From positions 58,218,001 through 58,282,000 of the forward strand of contig OZ076414.1 in assembly GCA_964187785.1 (NCBI GenBank): DNA of 64,000 nt. The letters are read 5' to 3'. A model generated the notes under the pieces. The model searched no databases, was not told the origin of the DNA, and saw only the letters and a list, made by a program, of their open reading frames with translations. This document shows, in pieces, positions 46,378 through 58,999 of this stretch (its first letter is position 1; the number at the start of each line of letters is the position of its first letter). The translations under genes and the position numbers were made by a program. Source of the stretch: Amphiscolops sp. MND2022 (Eukaryota).

Positions 46378-47934
46378 CTTACTTAAGGCTTGATAATTCT
46401 CGATTTTCTTTTTGAGGAAATTAGAGCAAGTTCTCAAGTGACAAAGTGCGACGTTTCAAGATTTTTAATTATCGTTAAACGAAAGATAATTGTTTCGCAA
46501 AATAACAAAATTCAACTAAAAAATGGCTTCTAGCTCGCATTGTATTTATACTTTTCATCCCGGAAATCGGGGAAAAGACACGAACATACTTCACATTTTG
46601 TTCAGTCCGGCGTCCGTCCGAGGCAAGGAAACAGGAAGTTCAGTTCCGCTTTGTCGAACTCAGGCTTTCAGCTTGTTCATGCTTTCCGAAGAAAAGCACG
46701 CGTCCACTTCCGGCCTGAGTTGCGACTCCGCTTCCCTTCGCCTCCAATTTCCCGCCTCTTCAGGACGCCGAACTGAAAAAATTATCAACGGCACGCGCAA
46801 TGAGTCACTGAATAAGATTGATTAACTGCACAAATTTAGGAAAAAATGATGACAACCAATTTTTCTTTACAAATATTTCCCTAAATTAAACAAATCAGCA
46901 ACAGTTTGAATGAAATTTAACACAGATTACACATTAGGCTTCAAATGAAAGAGTAGAATTGCTTCTACAGTATTTGTAGCTCTGATTTTGGTTAATAACA
47001 CAAAGCCTGGTCCCAGGCCATAGTCCGGGACGGACAAACATGTTCAGTGGGTGAAGCAACTATTAATTATAAACAGCATCAGATATATTGTTCGGAAAGG
47101 TATTTAATGCAATTGAACGACAACAGATTCAGGAAACAGGGTATGCATGTTATTAACACTTGGTTTAATATTCGGTACTAAATCTTTAGTTCAGGCCGCG
47201 GTTCAGGCCTGTTTATAGATTAATCAACATTTACATGTAAAAGAACGTTATATGTAATATTTTAAACTACAATATAGTTTAAGATCATAGATAATAATCT
47301 CTGGCTTCATTTTGAGACAAAGTTACGTGGTAGCATCATCATCTTTCACTTTCGTGATTGATTTATCGTAATTAATTCTCAGGCCGCATCCCAGGCCGCG
47401 GTACGTGATGTTCTATTAAGTTAGCACAGTAATCTCAATTGTTGGTATATTTGCATTCGTATTGTTAATAAATCACTGCACTAGACATTAGTTCATTTAC
47501 ATGTATTCACTATAGCGCGCGCTTGCATATTAATCCGCTGAGGTTGCAATTCTCAGGCTGCCTGCCAGGCCGCCGCTTCAGTGCGAGTATTTGAGGCCGG
47601 CTGCCAGGCCTCAGTTCCGCCTTCGATTTCTCAGTTCATTCACTGAGCGGTGCGATTCGATTATTATTATTACATAGTATTGTATTATTATTAACTGCAC
47701 AAATAGCTCCGTTATTCCGTAAGTACGTATTTATATAAGTGTACAATATTATGATAATAATACTAATATGCATATATATTATTAATTTAACTTCAAATTT
47801 ATATTGTTTAGCTCCTTTGTTTCTGATTGTTTGTCCGCTGTCTATTTCCTCTTCTTTTGTTCTTTTTCCAATTTATTCTTCGAAGACTGGGTTGTGTTTG
47901 TTGCAATACTCGCAGCTCAGTCGGGGCTGTGACA
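46023..47934 (-). repeat. 5' LTR of element B (1912 bp) with TATAAATA at 46543-46550
   Basis: Direct repeat of 32333-34243. TATA is followed about 25 nt later by GCCATTTT, then by ATTAAA as a candidate polyA signal. The gag ATG lies inside the LTR. Confidence 0.97.
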
Positions 47935-47939
47935 ATCAA

Positions 47940-48250
47940 TTCTTCTCTCGTCTCGGCAACAGCGTGCCCCTCTTGGCTTAGACGTCGCTCAGCCTCCATA
48001 CTCAATACCATGGCCTCAGCGTGGTGATTGATTGAAGTCAGACTCACTAGCAACACTCTATGGGGAGTAAAGAGTTCTAACGGCAACTTGAGGCTCAGGG
48101 ACAATGTTTCCAACTGTGGTAGATCGAAGACTGGGAGAGGGATCTGGAAGTGTCTCGGTTCCAGGTGGTTGACTCTCTAAACGAAAAGAGATGAAATTTA
48201 GCGGTGAGCTTCCTGGAAAAAAATCCATTTTGCCGCATTAGAAATCTTCT
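47940..48250 (-). pseudogene. 5' part of the cargo gene of element C, on the other side of the B insertion
   Basis: Removing B and one TSD copy rejoins ..RDERR-ID-IGTTEAQQ.. into one frame, which has several stops. Confidence 0.6.
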
Positions 48251-49215
48251 GGAAGTACTTTGAAAATTTGATTGAAACGTGTTATCACGTGTTCAGTGAT
48301 GGAAAGAGGAAGCGTTTTGTGAACGAAATTTAGCCTTGATCAAGGTATATTAGTTCAAAATATTAAATCCAGACCAACCTGAGCTTGAAGACATTTCGCT
48401 GAAGTGGAGAAGATTGGCCGGGGTCGGCTGAAGAGGGAAGAAGATTCGGAATACTCCAGAAAGATGAAGTCAGCAACAAAGTTGAAGACGGAAGTGGACA
48501 ATTGAAGTAATCAGGAATACAAATGATAAAAGAATTCAAAAAATAATGGAATTGGAATAAACAATGATCAAGATTTGAAAATTGGAGTTCGTGGCTGTTG
48601 AAGTTTACCAGATTAATGTTTTATGATTATTTACAAATTTAAAACTGTGCATGGAGTCTGCCAGTGAAGTGTACAGACGATTCTTCACTGTTTACAACAT
48701 TTTTTAAGTTAGAAGGCCTTTTTGGCCGTTTACCCTGTTCCGTTGCTCTTATTACCATTTAGTTAAAAATTCGGCCAATTTGAAATATTTCAAATTACTA
48801 TTTGTTGCCATTTTGTGATTCCTTTTTCTATTTTATCGAAGATCGATTTTAATTGGCTCTCATAAAAAGAGAAATGTGTGACGCGTGCCGTTCATTGCCT
48901 TCAAGCGATCCGTTAATTACCCACTTGAGACGAGTGTATTTGATATGACCAAGTTAAGCGCTGTTCACACCTTTTCTGATGACGGGAGTGATGAGGGGTA
49001 ACCACCGAAAAATCAAAGGTCGCCGACAGCTGGCGGAGTTCCTTTCAAGAAAGTTTACGCCGAGTTAGGACAATTGATCGAATTGAGCCGAGTCGGAAAT
49101 CTCCGGGGAAAGGCCTAATTGGGCTTGGGGCAGAGATATAAACAATATAATTCCTCTCAGAAATAAAACACTGACTAGTTGCCCTTACCGGCTCAAAATT
49201 GCGAAAAACCCCATA

Positions 49216-50018
49216 ATGGAAAAATTCAATAATGGAAGGAGACACTTTGAAGAAGATGACTTCGACTCTGAAACTACAAATGATTCAATGATCTACATCT
49301 CCAGTGATGAGAGTGAAGGAATGTCGGAAGATTGGGACTCAGACTGGTCCACTGATACCGAAGGTACCATCAAGAGGATCGAAACGGAAGTGGTGTCCAG
49401 CCCAAAATGATAGCAGAAAGGATAAAGACATCCAACAGTCATGAAGATTTGTCTTCAATCCCTGGTCCCAGCACTAGCAGAATGGACATGAACTTTACAC
49501 CTAAATTGGGTTAGCAATATTTGAATAAAAACTTCTGTTTTGCCCCTGCCAAAGATAGTGGCGCCAAAAAGAGGATTGAACTCTGTAAGACAATCATTCC
49601 TGTAGTCGACTCGCCTATGTCACCACCTCCTCATGCGAGGGGCCCTATATTAGGAACGCCGATGGCCCCATTGCCTCAACCGTCTAATTCTGGGTTCAGT
49701 ATTTCGTACCATGTACAAGACATGGCGCCTTATGAGAACGTGAGCAAGAAAATGTACACAAGTTGCATCGTATGTGGGAGGATACCTGATGTCATCAAGG
49801 AGCAGAAGGCATATGAATACATAAGAACATCAACACCAGGAGGTGAGCCGGCCTTTGTCACAGCACTGAGAAAGGAAGCCTATATAAATGGTCTAAATTT
49901 GGGGTCATTCTTATTTATTCCACCCGCAGTGTCGCAGGCTGCCGCCTGCAATGGAACAGTCATCACGACATCAGCAGACGGGCAAAACATCACACCGGGA
50001 ACACTTACGACACTTTAA
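49216..50018 (+). pseudogene. Sense acidic accessory ORF of element C (split into 49216-49410 and 49521-50018)
   Basis: Acidic N-terminus with EDWDSDW, then SPMSPP, CIVCG and VSQAAACNG. TATAAA at 49137-49142. Confidence 0.7.
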
Positions 50019-51602
50019 TGTTAAAACTGAAACCTTCTTAAGATATTAGTTCCTAACTGATCTATACATTTTGGTATTATATTTTGTATTAGACAATTAA
50101 GTGTTGCCCAAAAGCGCTGATTCAGTCTTTATAGATAATGTAAAATTAGAATACAAGCAATCAGATTGCTGTACGCTGTAAAGGAAACGAGTTCAAATGC
50201 TAAAACGTCCCGTTTTGGGGTCGTAGCTCGTTCCCCTGCCATTGACCAATCACAGTGCACTATAGCTAGCATTATCTCTGATCAATTCATTATTTGGCCG
50301 GTTATGACCGCTTGACTTACTTTAGCCACTACATTCAAAGACGCTAGTCAAATTGACGTTTCAGGCCTACTTAGCTTTCATCAAGCAATCTGTGTAATTT
50401 AATCAATAGTGCTGTGCATATCTTGAAAAGTTCTTGAAACTGCCTTAATATATCAGATGCAGCGATTAAACATGGTGAAAGAAGGATAGTTAATCGTTTT
50501 AATTATCGTTGCTACTGATAAAATCCTGTGTCTATGATGATTAAAGAATGACAATATTATTCAATTCATGTATAATGGCCAATTTGGGCTAGGATAGTTC
50601 TGATAGTAAAAACCATGAAAACCGTTGTAATTAACCGGACACATATATGTTTATATAATTGAATGTAAGATTGAAAAGTTGACGCAAATTTCTAATACCG
50701 TTGCAGTATTGTTGCCATAAAGAACTTTCTTTTGTTGTTCATGAATTCGGAATGATTTCCCCTTTTGACCCTAACAGGACAATTTCCTAAAGCGTTTCGA
50801 TGAAGTTGTTGCCGCTAATACGTATTGTTATTAGTTGTCATCTACCCTTGTCATGTGCCCTTTGTGGAATTTGTAAACAGTTAGGATGTTATGTAAAAAA
50901 TGAGAATGGCATTCTCTCAGGAGTATAAATACCTGTGCCTTCCTAGAGAGGGACACAATTCATTTTCGCTGACTAGTATTCACACGCTTTTGAAAACGCA
51001 AATCTGATTCATAATAAAATATTACAATCAGAAATCCTCCATGCCTACTACAAGAAAGCAGAAAAAGGCAAGAAAGTCAAGACGACTAGAAATGTTCTCT
51101 GAAATAGAAAACCTAGGCAGGTGGTTAGGTGGTAGACACTCTGAGAGAGAAGAAAGCGTGAATAGTAATCATGAAAGAAGACCTGAAAGTATGAAAAGCT
51201 ATCTCTTTGGAAACAATGAAGAAAACTTGTACTTGATTCCTAGGGAGACTGAGTTGGGTGATAACGCTGATCTTGGACAGAATTCTACAAGTGCTAACTC
51301 TAGTGCTGAGATCAACAGATTATCGAGTAAATTATAGGATATCTAGAGAGATGGACGAGATGATGAATAATGTCGGTGTTCAGATTCCAATGGCAATTAA
51401 TGATGCCATTAGTAGTCTAAAATTTCCCCAATTTCAAAATGCCTTCATGGCCAGATCGGGACATTGGGAGTATGGAACGTTCCGGCAGAGGGACCGGAAA
51501 CGAATACCGAAGGTTTGCGAAACAAAAAATTCAGAAATATTTCGAAAAGTGAGCGTGTTCAAAACCGTCCTAATTATGAAGCCATGAACAACGCTTACGA
51601 CA
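49753..51602 (+). mobile_element. 3' LTR of element C (about 1850 bp) with gag leader 51041-51602
   Basis: Purine run GAGCAAGAAAA then TGTACAC. TATAAATA at about 50925. ORF MPTTRKQKKARKSR. Ends AAC GCT TAC GAC A. Confidence 0.7.
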
Positions 51603-51679
51603 AGTCGTTCGGAAACCTCAACTTGGAGTAGTTCATGAAGTTTTTAGAAGAAAACCACCGGCCTAACCAGACAACACAA

Positions 51680-52524
51680 GTCTAAATTTACATGCAATCC
51701 ATTACTTTTCATATTCCCAATCATATAGCAATCAAAGCATTGATTGGTACGTCCAGAAGATTGGTTTTTCATCATTTTAATGAATCTTGAAACCCTAGTA
51801 ACAACTCTGTTTGCTAGTCGTCATTAGTATTAGTAGTGCTAATTAATCGCCTACCACTTCACATTAGTCTATTAGTGTAGTAACAAGTGTGAAAGTACAT
51901 TTATATATAAATATGCGGTGATTAAGAACAACTACGGTAAATATTCGTACTTAACACCATTGCGCAACAATAAGACTTCAAACACTGACCAACCACAGTA
52001 AGTCTTTGTTCACGTGACACTTTAACGCGCAAGTAGAATTGGGTTGACTATATTGCAATAAGTGAAACTCAGTTAGAGATTTGGCACCGATACGACCAGA
52101 TGCACCAGTAATCCTTTTGTAAAACTTCCAACGCAGTCACAATACAATTTCATTGCATTTAAACTATCTTAAAATCTTCTTCAAAAGCAACATATCTTCT
52201 TTATGGTAATCATTAGCTCTCAAAACCTGAAGTACGATTATACCTGACAAATCAACATGACCGAAATTAGTGATAACGACAGCAAATCTATCTTTCCTGA
52301 TCTCTACTCAAACAGCCTTTATAATGGAACTAACAATGAAAACATAATAAACCAGGGAAGAAATCACGAGAAAGTCCGAATAGAACGACGATTCAATGAC
52401 ATGATCCGCCAGATTGGAGAGTTAACGATCCTAGTCAAAAACCTCACAGAATAGGTTGCATCTTATAATAGAGATGAGAGTGACCCAAACGTCCGCAGTT
52501 TTAGGAAGCCAAGTCATTCTGATA
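51680..52524 (+). mobile_element. LTR fragment of a further family with gag leader (ORF 52257-52454)
   Basis: Coiled-coil-like RIERRFNDMIRQIGELTILVKNLTE. The frame continues to CAT TCT GAT A (GAC A in the copy ending at 55684). Confidence 0.5.
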
Positions 52525-52778
52525 GACAATTTTTTCCTAGCTGATTAATTAAGGTACGGGCATAGCTTTGGACTGGCAGTTTGCACTTGTAATGGTGTAA
52601 AAGTTTCCATCGCAGGCGGCCCTAGCTGAAGTTTTGCTAGCTAAATCCGGCTAATTAATCCAGAGTAGTTCCGATTCCTACCACATTGAAATAATTTGAT
52701 TCGCGAATCGAAATTCTGATTATGGCGACCGATTTTGCATTCAGAAGAAAAGTTGTCAAGTAATTCGGCAAAAGTTTA

Positions 52779-55700
52779 TGATGAGGGGTAACCACCGAAA
52801 AATCAAAGGCCGCTGACAGCTGATGGAATTCCATTCAAGAAAGTTTACGCCGAGTTAGGACAATTGATCGAAGCTTCAACCGCCGAGTCGGAAATCCCGG
52901 GAAAGGCCTAATTGGGCTTGGGGCAGAGGTATAAACAAAATCATTCCTCTCAGAAATATTACACTGACTAGTTGCCCTTACCGGCTCAAAATTGCGAAAA
53001 ACCCCATAATGGAAAAATTCAATAATGGAAGGAGACACTTTGAAGAAGATGACTTCGACTCTGAAACTACAAATGATTCAATGATCTACATCTCCAGTGA
53101 TGAGAGTGAAGGAATGTCGGAAGATTGGGACTCAGACTGGTCCACTGATACCGAAGGTACCATCAAGAGGATCGAAACGGAAGTGGTGTCCAGCCCAAAA
53201 TGATAGCAGAAAGGATAAAGACATCCAACAGTCATGAAGATTTGTCTTCAATCCCTGGTCCCAGCACTAGCAGAATGGACATGAACTTTACACCTAAATT
53301 GGGTAAGCAATATTTTGATAAAGATTTCTGTTACGCCCCTGCCAAAGAATGTGCCGCCAAAAAGAGGATTGAATTCTGTGAGACAATCATTCCCGTAGCC
53401 AGCTCGCCTATGTCACCACCTCCTCATGCGAGGGGCCCTACATTGGGATCGCCGATGGCCCCATGGCCTCACCGTCTAAATCTGGGTTCAGTGTTTCGTA
53501 CCATATTTAAGACATGGCGCCTCATGAGAACCTGAGCAAGAAAATGTACACAAGTTGCATCGTATGTGTGAGGACACCTGATGTCATCAAGAAGCATAAG
53601 GCAGATGAATACATAAGAACATCAACACCACGAGGTGACCCGGCCTATGTCACAGCACTGAGAGAAGAAAGTCTATTTAAATGGTCTAAATTCGGGGTCA
53701 TTCTTATTTATTCCACCCGCAGTGTCGCAGGCTGCCGCCTGCATTGGAACAGTCATCACGACATCAGCAGACGGGCAAAACATCACACCGGGAACACTTT
53801 CTATACTTTAATGTTAAAACTGAAACATTCTTATGAGAATAGTTCCTAACTCATCTATATATTTTGTTATGATATTTTGTATTAGTCAGTTAAGTGTTGC
53901 TCAAAAGAGCTGATTTAGTCTTTATAGACAATGAAAAGTTAGAATACAAACAATCAGATTACTGTACGCCGTAAAGAAAACGAGTTCAAATGCTAAAACG
54001 TTCCGTTTTAGAGTCGTAGCTCGTTCCCCTGCTATTGACCAATCAGAGTGCAGTATAGCTAGCATTATCTCTGATCAATTCATTATTTGGCCGGTTATGG
54101 CCGCTTGACTTACTTTAGCCACTACATTCATAGACGCTAGTCAAATTGCCGTTTCAGGCCTACTTAGCTTTCATCAAACAATCTGTGTAATTTAATCAAT
54201 AGTGCTGTGCATCTCTTGAAGAGTTCTTGAAACTGCTTTAATATATCAGATGCAGTGATTAAAGGTGTTAAAAGAAGGATAGTTTATCGTTTTAATTGTC
54301 GTTGCTACTGATAAAATCCTGTGCCTATGATAATTAAAGCATGACAATATTATTCAATTCATGTATAATGGCCAACTTGGGCTAGGATAGTGCTGATAGT
54401 AAAAACCATGAAAACCGATGTAATTAACCGGACACATATATGTTTACATAATTGAATTAAAGGATGAAAAGTTGACGCAAATTTCTAATACCGTTGTAGT
54501 ATTGTTGCCATAAAGAACTTTTGTTGTTCATGAATTCGGAATGATTTCCCCTTTTGACCCTAACAGGACAATTTCCTAAAGCGTTTCGATGAAGTTGTTG
54601 CCGCTAATACGTATTGTTATTAGTTGTCATCTACCCTTGTCATGTGCCCTTTGTGGAATTTGTAAACAGTTAGGATGTTATGTAAAAGATGTGAATGGCA
54701 TTCTCTCAGGAGTATAAATACCTGTGCCTTCCTAGAGAGGGACACAATTCATTTTCACTGACTAGTATTCACACGCTTTTGAAAACGCAAATCTGATTCA
54801 TAATAAAATATTACAATCAGAAATCCTCCATGCCTACTACAAGAAAGCAGAAAAAGGCAAGAAAGTCAAGACGACTAGAAATGTTCTCTGAAATAGAAAA
54901 CCTAGGCAGGTGGTTAGGTGGTAGACACTCTAAGAGAGAAGAAAGCGTGAATAGTAATCATGAAAGAAGACCTGAAAGTATGAAAAGCTATCTCTTTGAA
55001 AACAATGAAGAAAACTTGTACTTGATTCCTAGGGAGACTGAGTCGGGTGATAACGCTGGTCTTGGACAGAATTCTACAAATGCTAACTCTAGTGCTGAGA
55101 TCAACAGATTATCGAGTGAACTAAATTATAGGATATCTAGAGAGATGGACGAGATGATGAATAAGGTCAGTGTTCAGAATCCAATGGCAATTAATGATGC
55201 CATTAGTAGTCGAGAATTGCCCCAAATTCAAAATGCCTCCGGATCGGGACATTGGGAGGATGGAACGTTCCGGCAGAGGGACCGGAAATGAATACCGAAG
55301 GTTTGGAAACAAAAATTTTAGTAATAATTTGAAAAGTGAGCGTGTTCAAAACCGTCTTAATGATGAAGCCATGGACAACGCTTACGACAAGTCGTTCAGA
55401 AACCTCAAGTTGGAGTAGTTCATGAAGTTTTTAGAAAAAAACCACCGGCCTAACCAGTCAACACTACTCAAACAGTCATTATAATGGAACTAACAATGAA
55501 AACCTAATAAACCAGGGAAGAAATCACGAGAAAGTCCGAATAGAACGACGAGTCAATGACATGATCCGCCAGATTGGAGAGTTAACGATCCTTGTCAAAA
55601 GCCTCACAGAAAAGGTTGCATCTTATAATAGACATGAGAGTGACCCAAACGTCCGCAGTGTTAGGAAGCCAAGTCATTCTGACAGACAATATTTTCCTGG

Positions 55701-55916
55701 CTGAATAATTAAGGTGCGGGCATAGCTTTGGACTGGCAGTTTGCACTTGCATTGTTGTAAAAGTTTCCCCCGACAGCCTGACTAAATCCGGCTAATTAAT
55801 CCAGAGTGGTTCCAATTCCTAATCATGAAAATAATTTGATTCGCGAATCAAAATTCTGATTATGGCGACCGATTTTGCTCTGAGAAGAAAAGTTCTCAAG
55901 TCTTTAGGCAAAAGTT
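52779..55916 (+). repeat. Tandem segmental duplication, unit 2 (lacks about 640 bp of unit 1); LTR copy 53545-55389
   Basis: Same ORFs (53009-53203, 53200-53849, 54830-55291) with scattered substitutions and indels. Confidence 0.9.
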
Positions 55917-57739
55917 CAAAAAAATGCTCAAAACTTTTGCTCAGTTCATTTTTAAATTATAGCTTTCCTTGCAAGGGTTGTGTGAAAATCTCGCAAGATC
56001 TCCAAAGAGAATGCATTTTCCTAAAAACCGTTAAAGAATCATACAAGATCTTTATTTTGAAGTTTTGGTTCAATTGTCAAGGTCAACGAAAAACTGAAAC
56101 AATATTGAGTATTCAGTCTCTCCAAATGTTTTCTTACTTAGGGCATTTTCGGACTAGGGTGAGTATAAATTTGCACGCTGGACTGATTTCAGCTCGAGTG
56201 AGCAGCAACCTCTGCTCACAGATTTGGGGAGCAACGGGAGGGAAGCAGGGGAGTTCCAGAGGATACACTATCACGACTTCGGTCAATGAGTCTTACTGCA
56301 AATTTGGGGCCAGTCGAACAGTAAAGGCTGTCGAATTTGACGTCATGCATTCGTTATAAAATTTCCAAGAATTTAGGATTTTTCTGAACTATACTGTGCT
56401 AATTGGGAACTTGACTAAAACTGGTTTGAGAACTATCGGGTTTTTTTAACAATTGAAGCAACTGTTCGCATCAGTGTATAGTTTTATCTACGAGGAAAAA
56501 ACAAGCTCTCGGTCTTTGAAATGAAAAAAAAATCAACCTCATTTTCCTCCTCTAAACTTTTAAAAATTAGTTTATCGAGTTACTCAACAGAATGGAGATG
56601 GATTTAACTTGAACAACCGAAGTATTCTGAAGTCACTAAGTGAATGAATTTATTATTTTTGTCAACCTTAACCACTCAAGTCAAGTCAAACGTTGAAGGT
56701 CGAAATTATTCAAACGCTTTGTTTTTAACGATTGCTTGATGAAACAGCCTGCATACCCGACATCGTCATGTCTTTTGGGTTAGTTCATTGCACTTTGGGT
56801 TAGTTCGTAGATGATTTGAGTGATACGTTGACCACAAAGCTTATGATGAAAGAAACTACACCGTTTCCAATTTAGATGAACAAAATTTCAAGCCAAATGA
56901 GTTCACCAATAAGATGTAATCGTTCCATTTACCTGTCTCCGCTGATGGTTGTCAATTTATACGATTAAAGTTCATTTTGGACGAGTCTGCGAGTGGCGAT
57001 AAAACAAAATACGCAACAAAATTCTGATTCAATCCAATGAAATTCCGTTTAGATGAATTAATCACCAGTTTCCAAAAACTTCTTGTCTCACTGAGACTGA
57101 GAAGTTGCTGCGCTTACATTCGGCAACGCTTTGCCTTCATTTTTATCAACTATTTCGTATTTTTAGTCGTCGCTTCATGAAGTGAAACGCGACTATTATA
57201 GTGACTTTATTGTCAATCCAGACGAACTGACCATTTGACCTAGCGAACTGAAACAAAAAGGTTTTTCCTTTTTTTCCGCGATACATAGAGTACCGGGCGA
57301 GACTAAAGGGTTTTCAGTTTTTTCGACATTGTGAGAAATTTTTCGGAAAATTTTTCAACCAATGTTTTCCCTTTCAATATTTTGATGTTTTGTGACAGTA
57401 TGGATGTTGAAAAATCCGAAATGGTCCCGTCTTTTAGCGGTTTGGGTTGTTTGGGTTTCGAAAGTGCTTCGATATTTCTTGTGATTTTGATACTTTGATG
57501 TCCTTTTAGTTTTTTTAAAGCCTTAGATATGGCGTCGTTCTATGCCGTTTCCTGTTTGTTATTCAATCAAAATGACCATTTGGAATGACACTGTTTTATT
57601 TCGCTGCCGAGCTTTGTGTTAGCTTTCATGTTTCTTCAAATAAAATTAGCTTTCACTAATCTTTTATTGGAATTGTGAAAGCATTAATTTATATCTTTGG
57701 TGGAATTAAGAAGTACGACGTTCAACTAAGTTGAAATTT

Positions 57740-58279
57740 CCCTAGTCGAGAATGCTTGAACTTTTTACATGCTGCATGGAAACATGCCGGCTAATTTTTT
57801 TGCAAAACATGGAAAATTCCAGGAGCCTGCATGGAAACATTTTGTAGGATTACAATACAGCCTCCATTATTTAAATTAAAACTGAAAACTTTTCTACTTC
57901 TTGCCTTATGTAAACACCGGTAGTCAGATAGAACGCTGAATATGACTCTGAAACCTAAAATGGGACTCAAAAGATCTGACCTTAAGGACCTGATAGGACG
58001 GAAGACCTAAAAGCTCATTTTTAATGAAATTGCGGGAAAATAGATTAAGGTCTCAGCTGCTATCAAAATTAGAACGGCGTCCTGGTGAAACCTGCAAAAC
58101 TTTGCGGCGAAGAACTGCCGCCAAATTTGGGCTACATCTCATAGGCTGCTTCATAAATTTTAATCGAATCAGTGATGTTTTAATGCATAGACGTTTCTCT
58201 GAGAATTTCATAAAATCATGGAAAATTAGCTTGGTAACCTACAAAAAAATGTAAAAAGTTCCAGCAGTTCTAACCAGGG
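57740..58279. mobile_element. MITE-like element, copy 3
   Basis: CCCTAGTCGA...AACCAGGG. Collinear with 12339-12887. Confidence 0.7.
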
Positions 58280-58999
58280 TTTGCTAATCTAAATTAGAAA
58301 CGGTGTAATTTCAAAATATAAAATGTAGAATTTCTTGATAGCATTACATTTAACTGTTTGCACATAGAATTGACACAATGTGTAAAAAATGTTTTAGGGA
58401 GTAAAAGTTACAGAAATGTACTTAGTTTTCTGCTATTTGCGAGGCAGCACAACGTGGGCTTGAGGCTGTTGTACCAGTTGAAATTGTTCGTAACATCAGG
58501 TATACTAACGCATAGGGCTGAATAAATAACCAAACGCCTGAAGCTAGAATGTAATCTGGGCGGTGAAGAGGTATTAAGCGATAAGGTTTTATGCTCCAGG
58601 ACAGGTCTTATTTGCCAAAAGACGCGAAAAGTCTCAACATTGGGGCCCGTTTATCGTGGACGCCCTCTCGGTCTTTCTTTGCTAAATTCGCTGGGTATTT
58701 TGCTCAATCCAGGACTACAGAACTGCGATTGAAAAATCGTCCCCCAACTATGCGCCAATTTGTTTACTTACTATTTTATTCATTTCTTATTCCAATTTAT
58801 TACTATTTGGTTTAATTGGTTCTTTAATTGAAATCTCAGTCGCAGAGAGAACACGTCAATCATTTTCTCAATTTGATTTTTTCAGGTTTTTGATTTCTTT
58901 AACTTTTCATATTCCGATGCAGATTGTCTATATAAATCGGGTATTTTTCTGTACCAGAAACGTTCTAAATCCTACGTGCAAACTGAGAAAATTCCACAT

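Larger units (their letters stand above)
32333..47934 (-). mobile_element. Element B: full-length 15,602-bp Ty3/gypsy LTR retrotransposon with cargo
   Basis: Paired LTRs with TGT...ACA ends, TSD ATCAA at 32328-32332 and 47935-47939, PBS, gag, and pol in PR-RT-RH-IN order. Confidence 0.97.
48989..52778 (+). repeat. Tandem segmental duplication, unit 1 (3790 bp)
   Basis: Starts TGATGAGGGGTAACCACCG. Collinear with 52779-55916. Confidence 0.9.

Noticed and set aside
39552-46393. Numerous plus-strand and alternate-frame ORFs overlapping gag-pol of B
   Set aside because: These are shadow ORFs expected opposite long coding sequence. They lack motifs, and I saw no splice structure or conservation in element A.
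48975-49075. Hammerhead-ribozyme-like core (TGATGA-GGGGTAACCACC-GAAA), also at 52779
   Set aside because: The conserved C before UGAUGA is absent, and no stem III/UH cleavage site or stem I could be formed.
49407-49410. ATGA stop-start overlap (also 53200-53203) as translational coupling
   Set aside because: More simply a 1-nt frameshift in one ORF that predates the duplication. The B counterpart is a single ORF.
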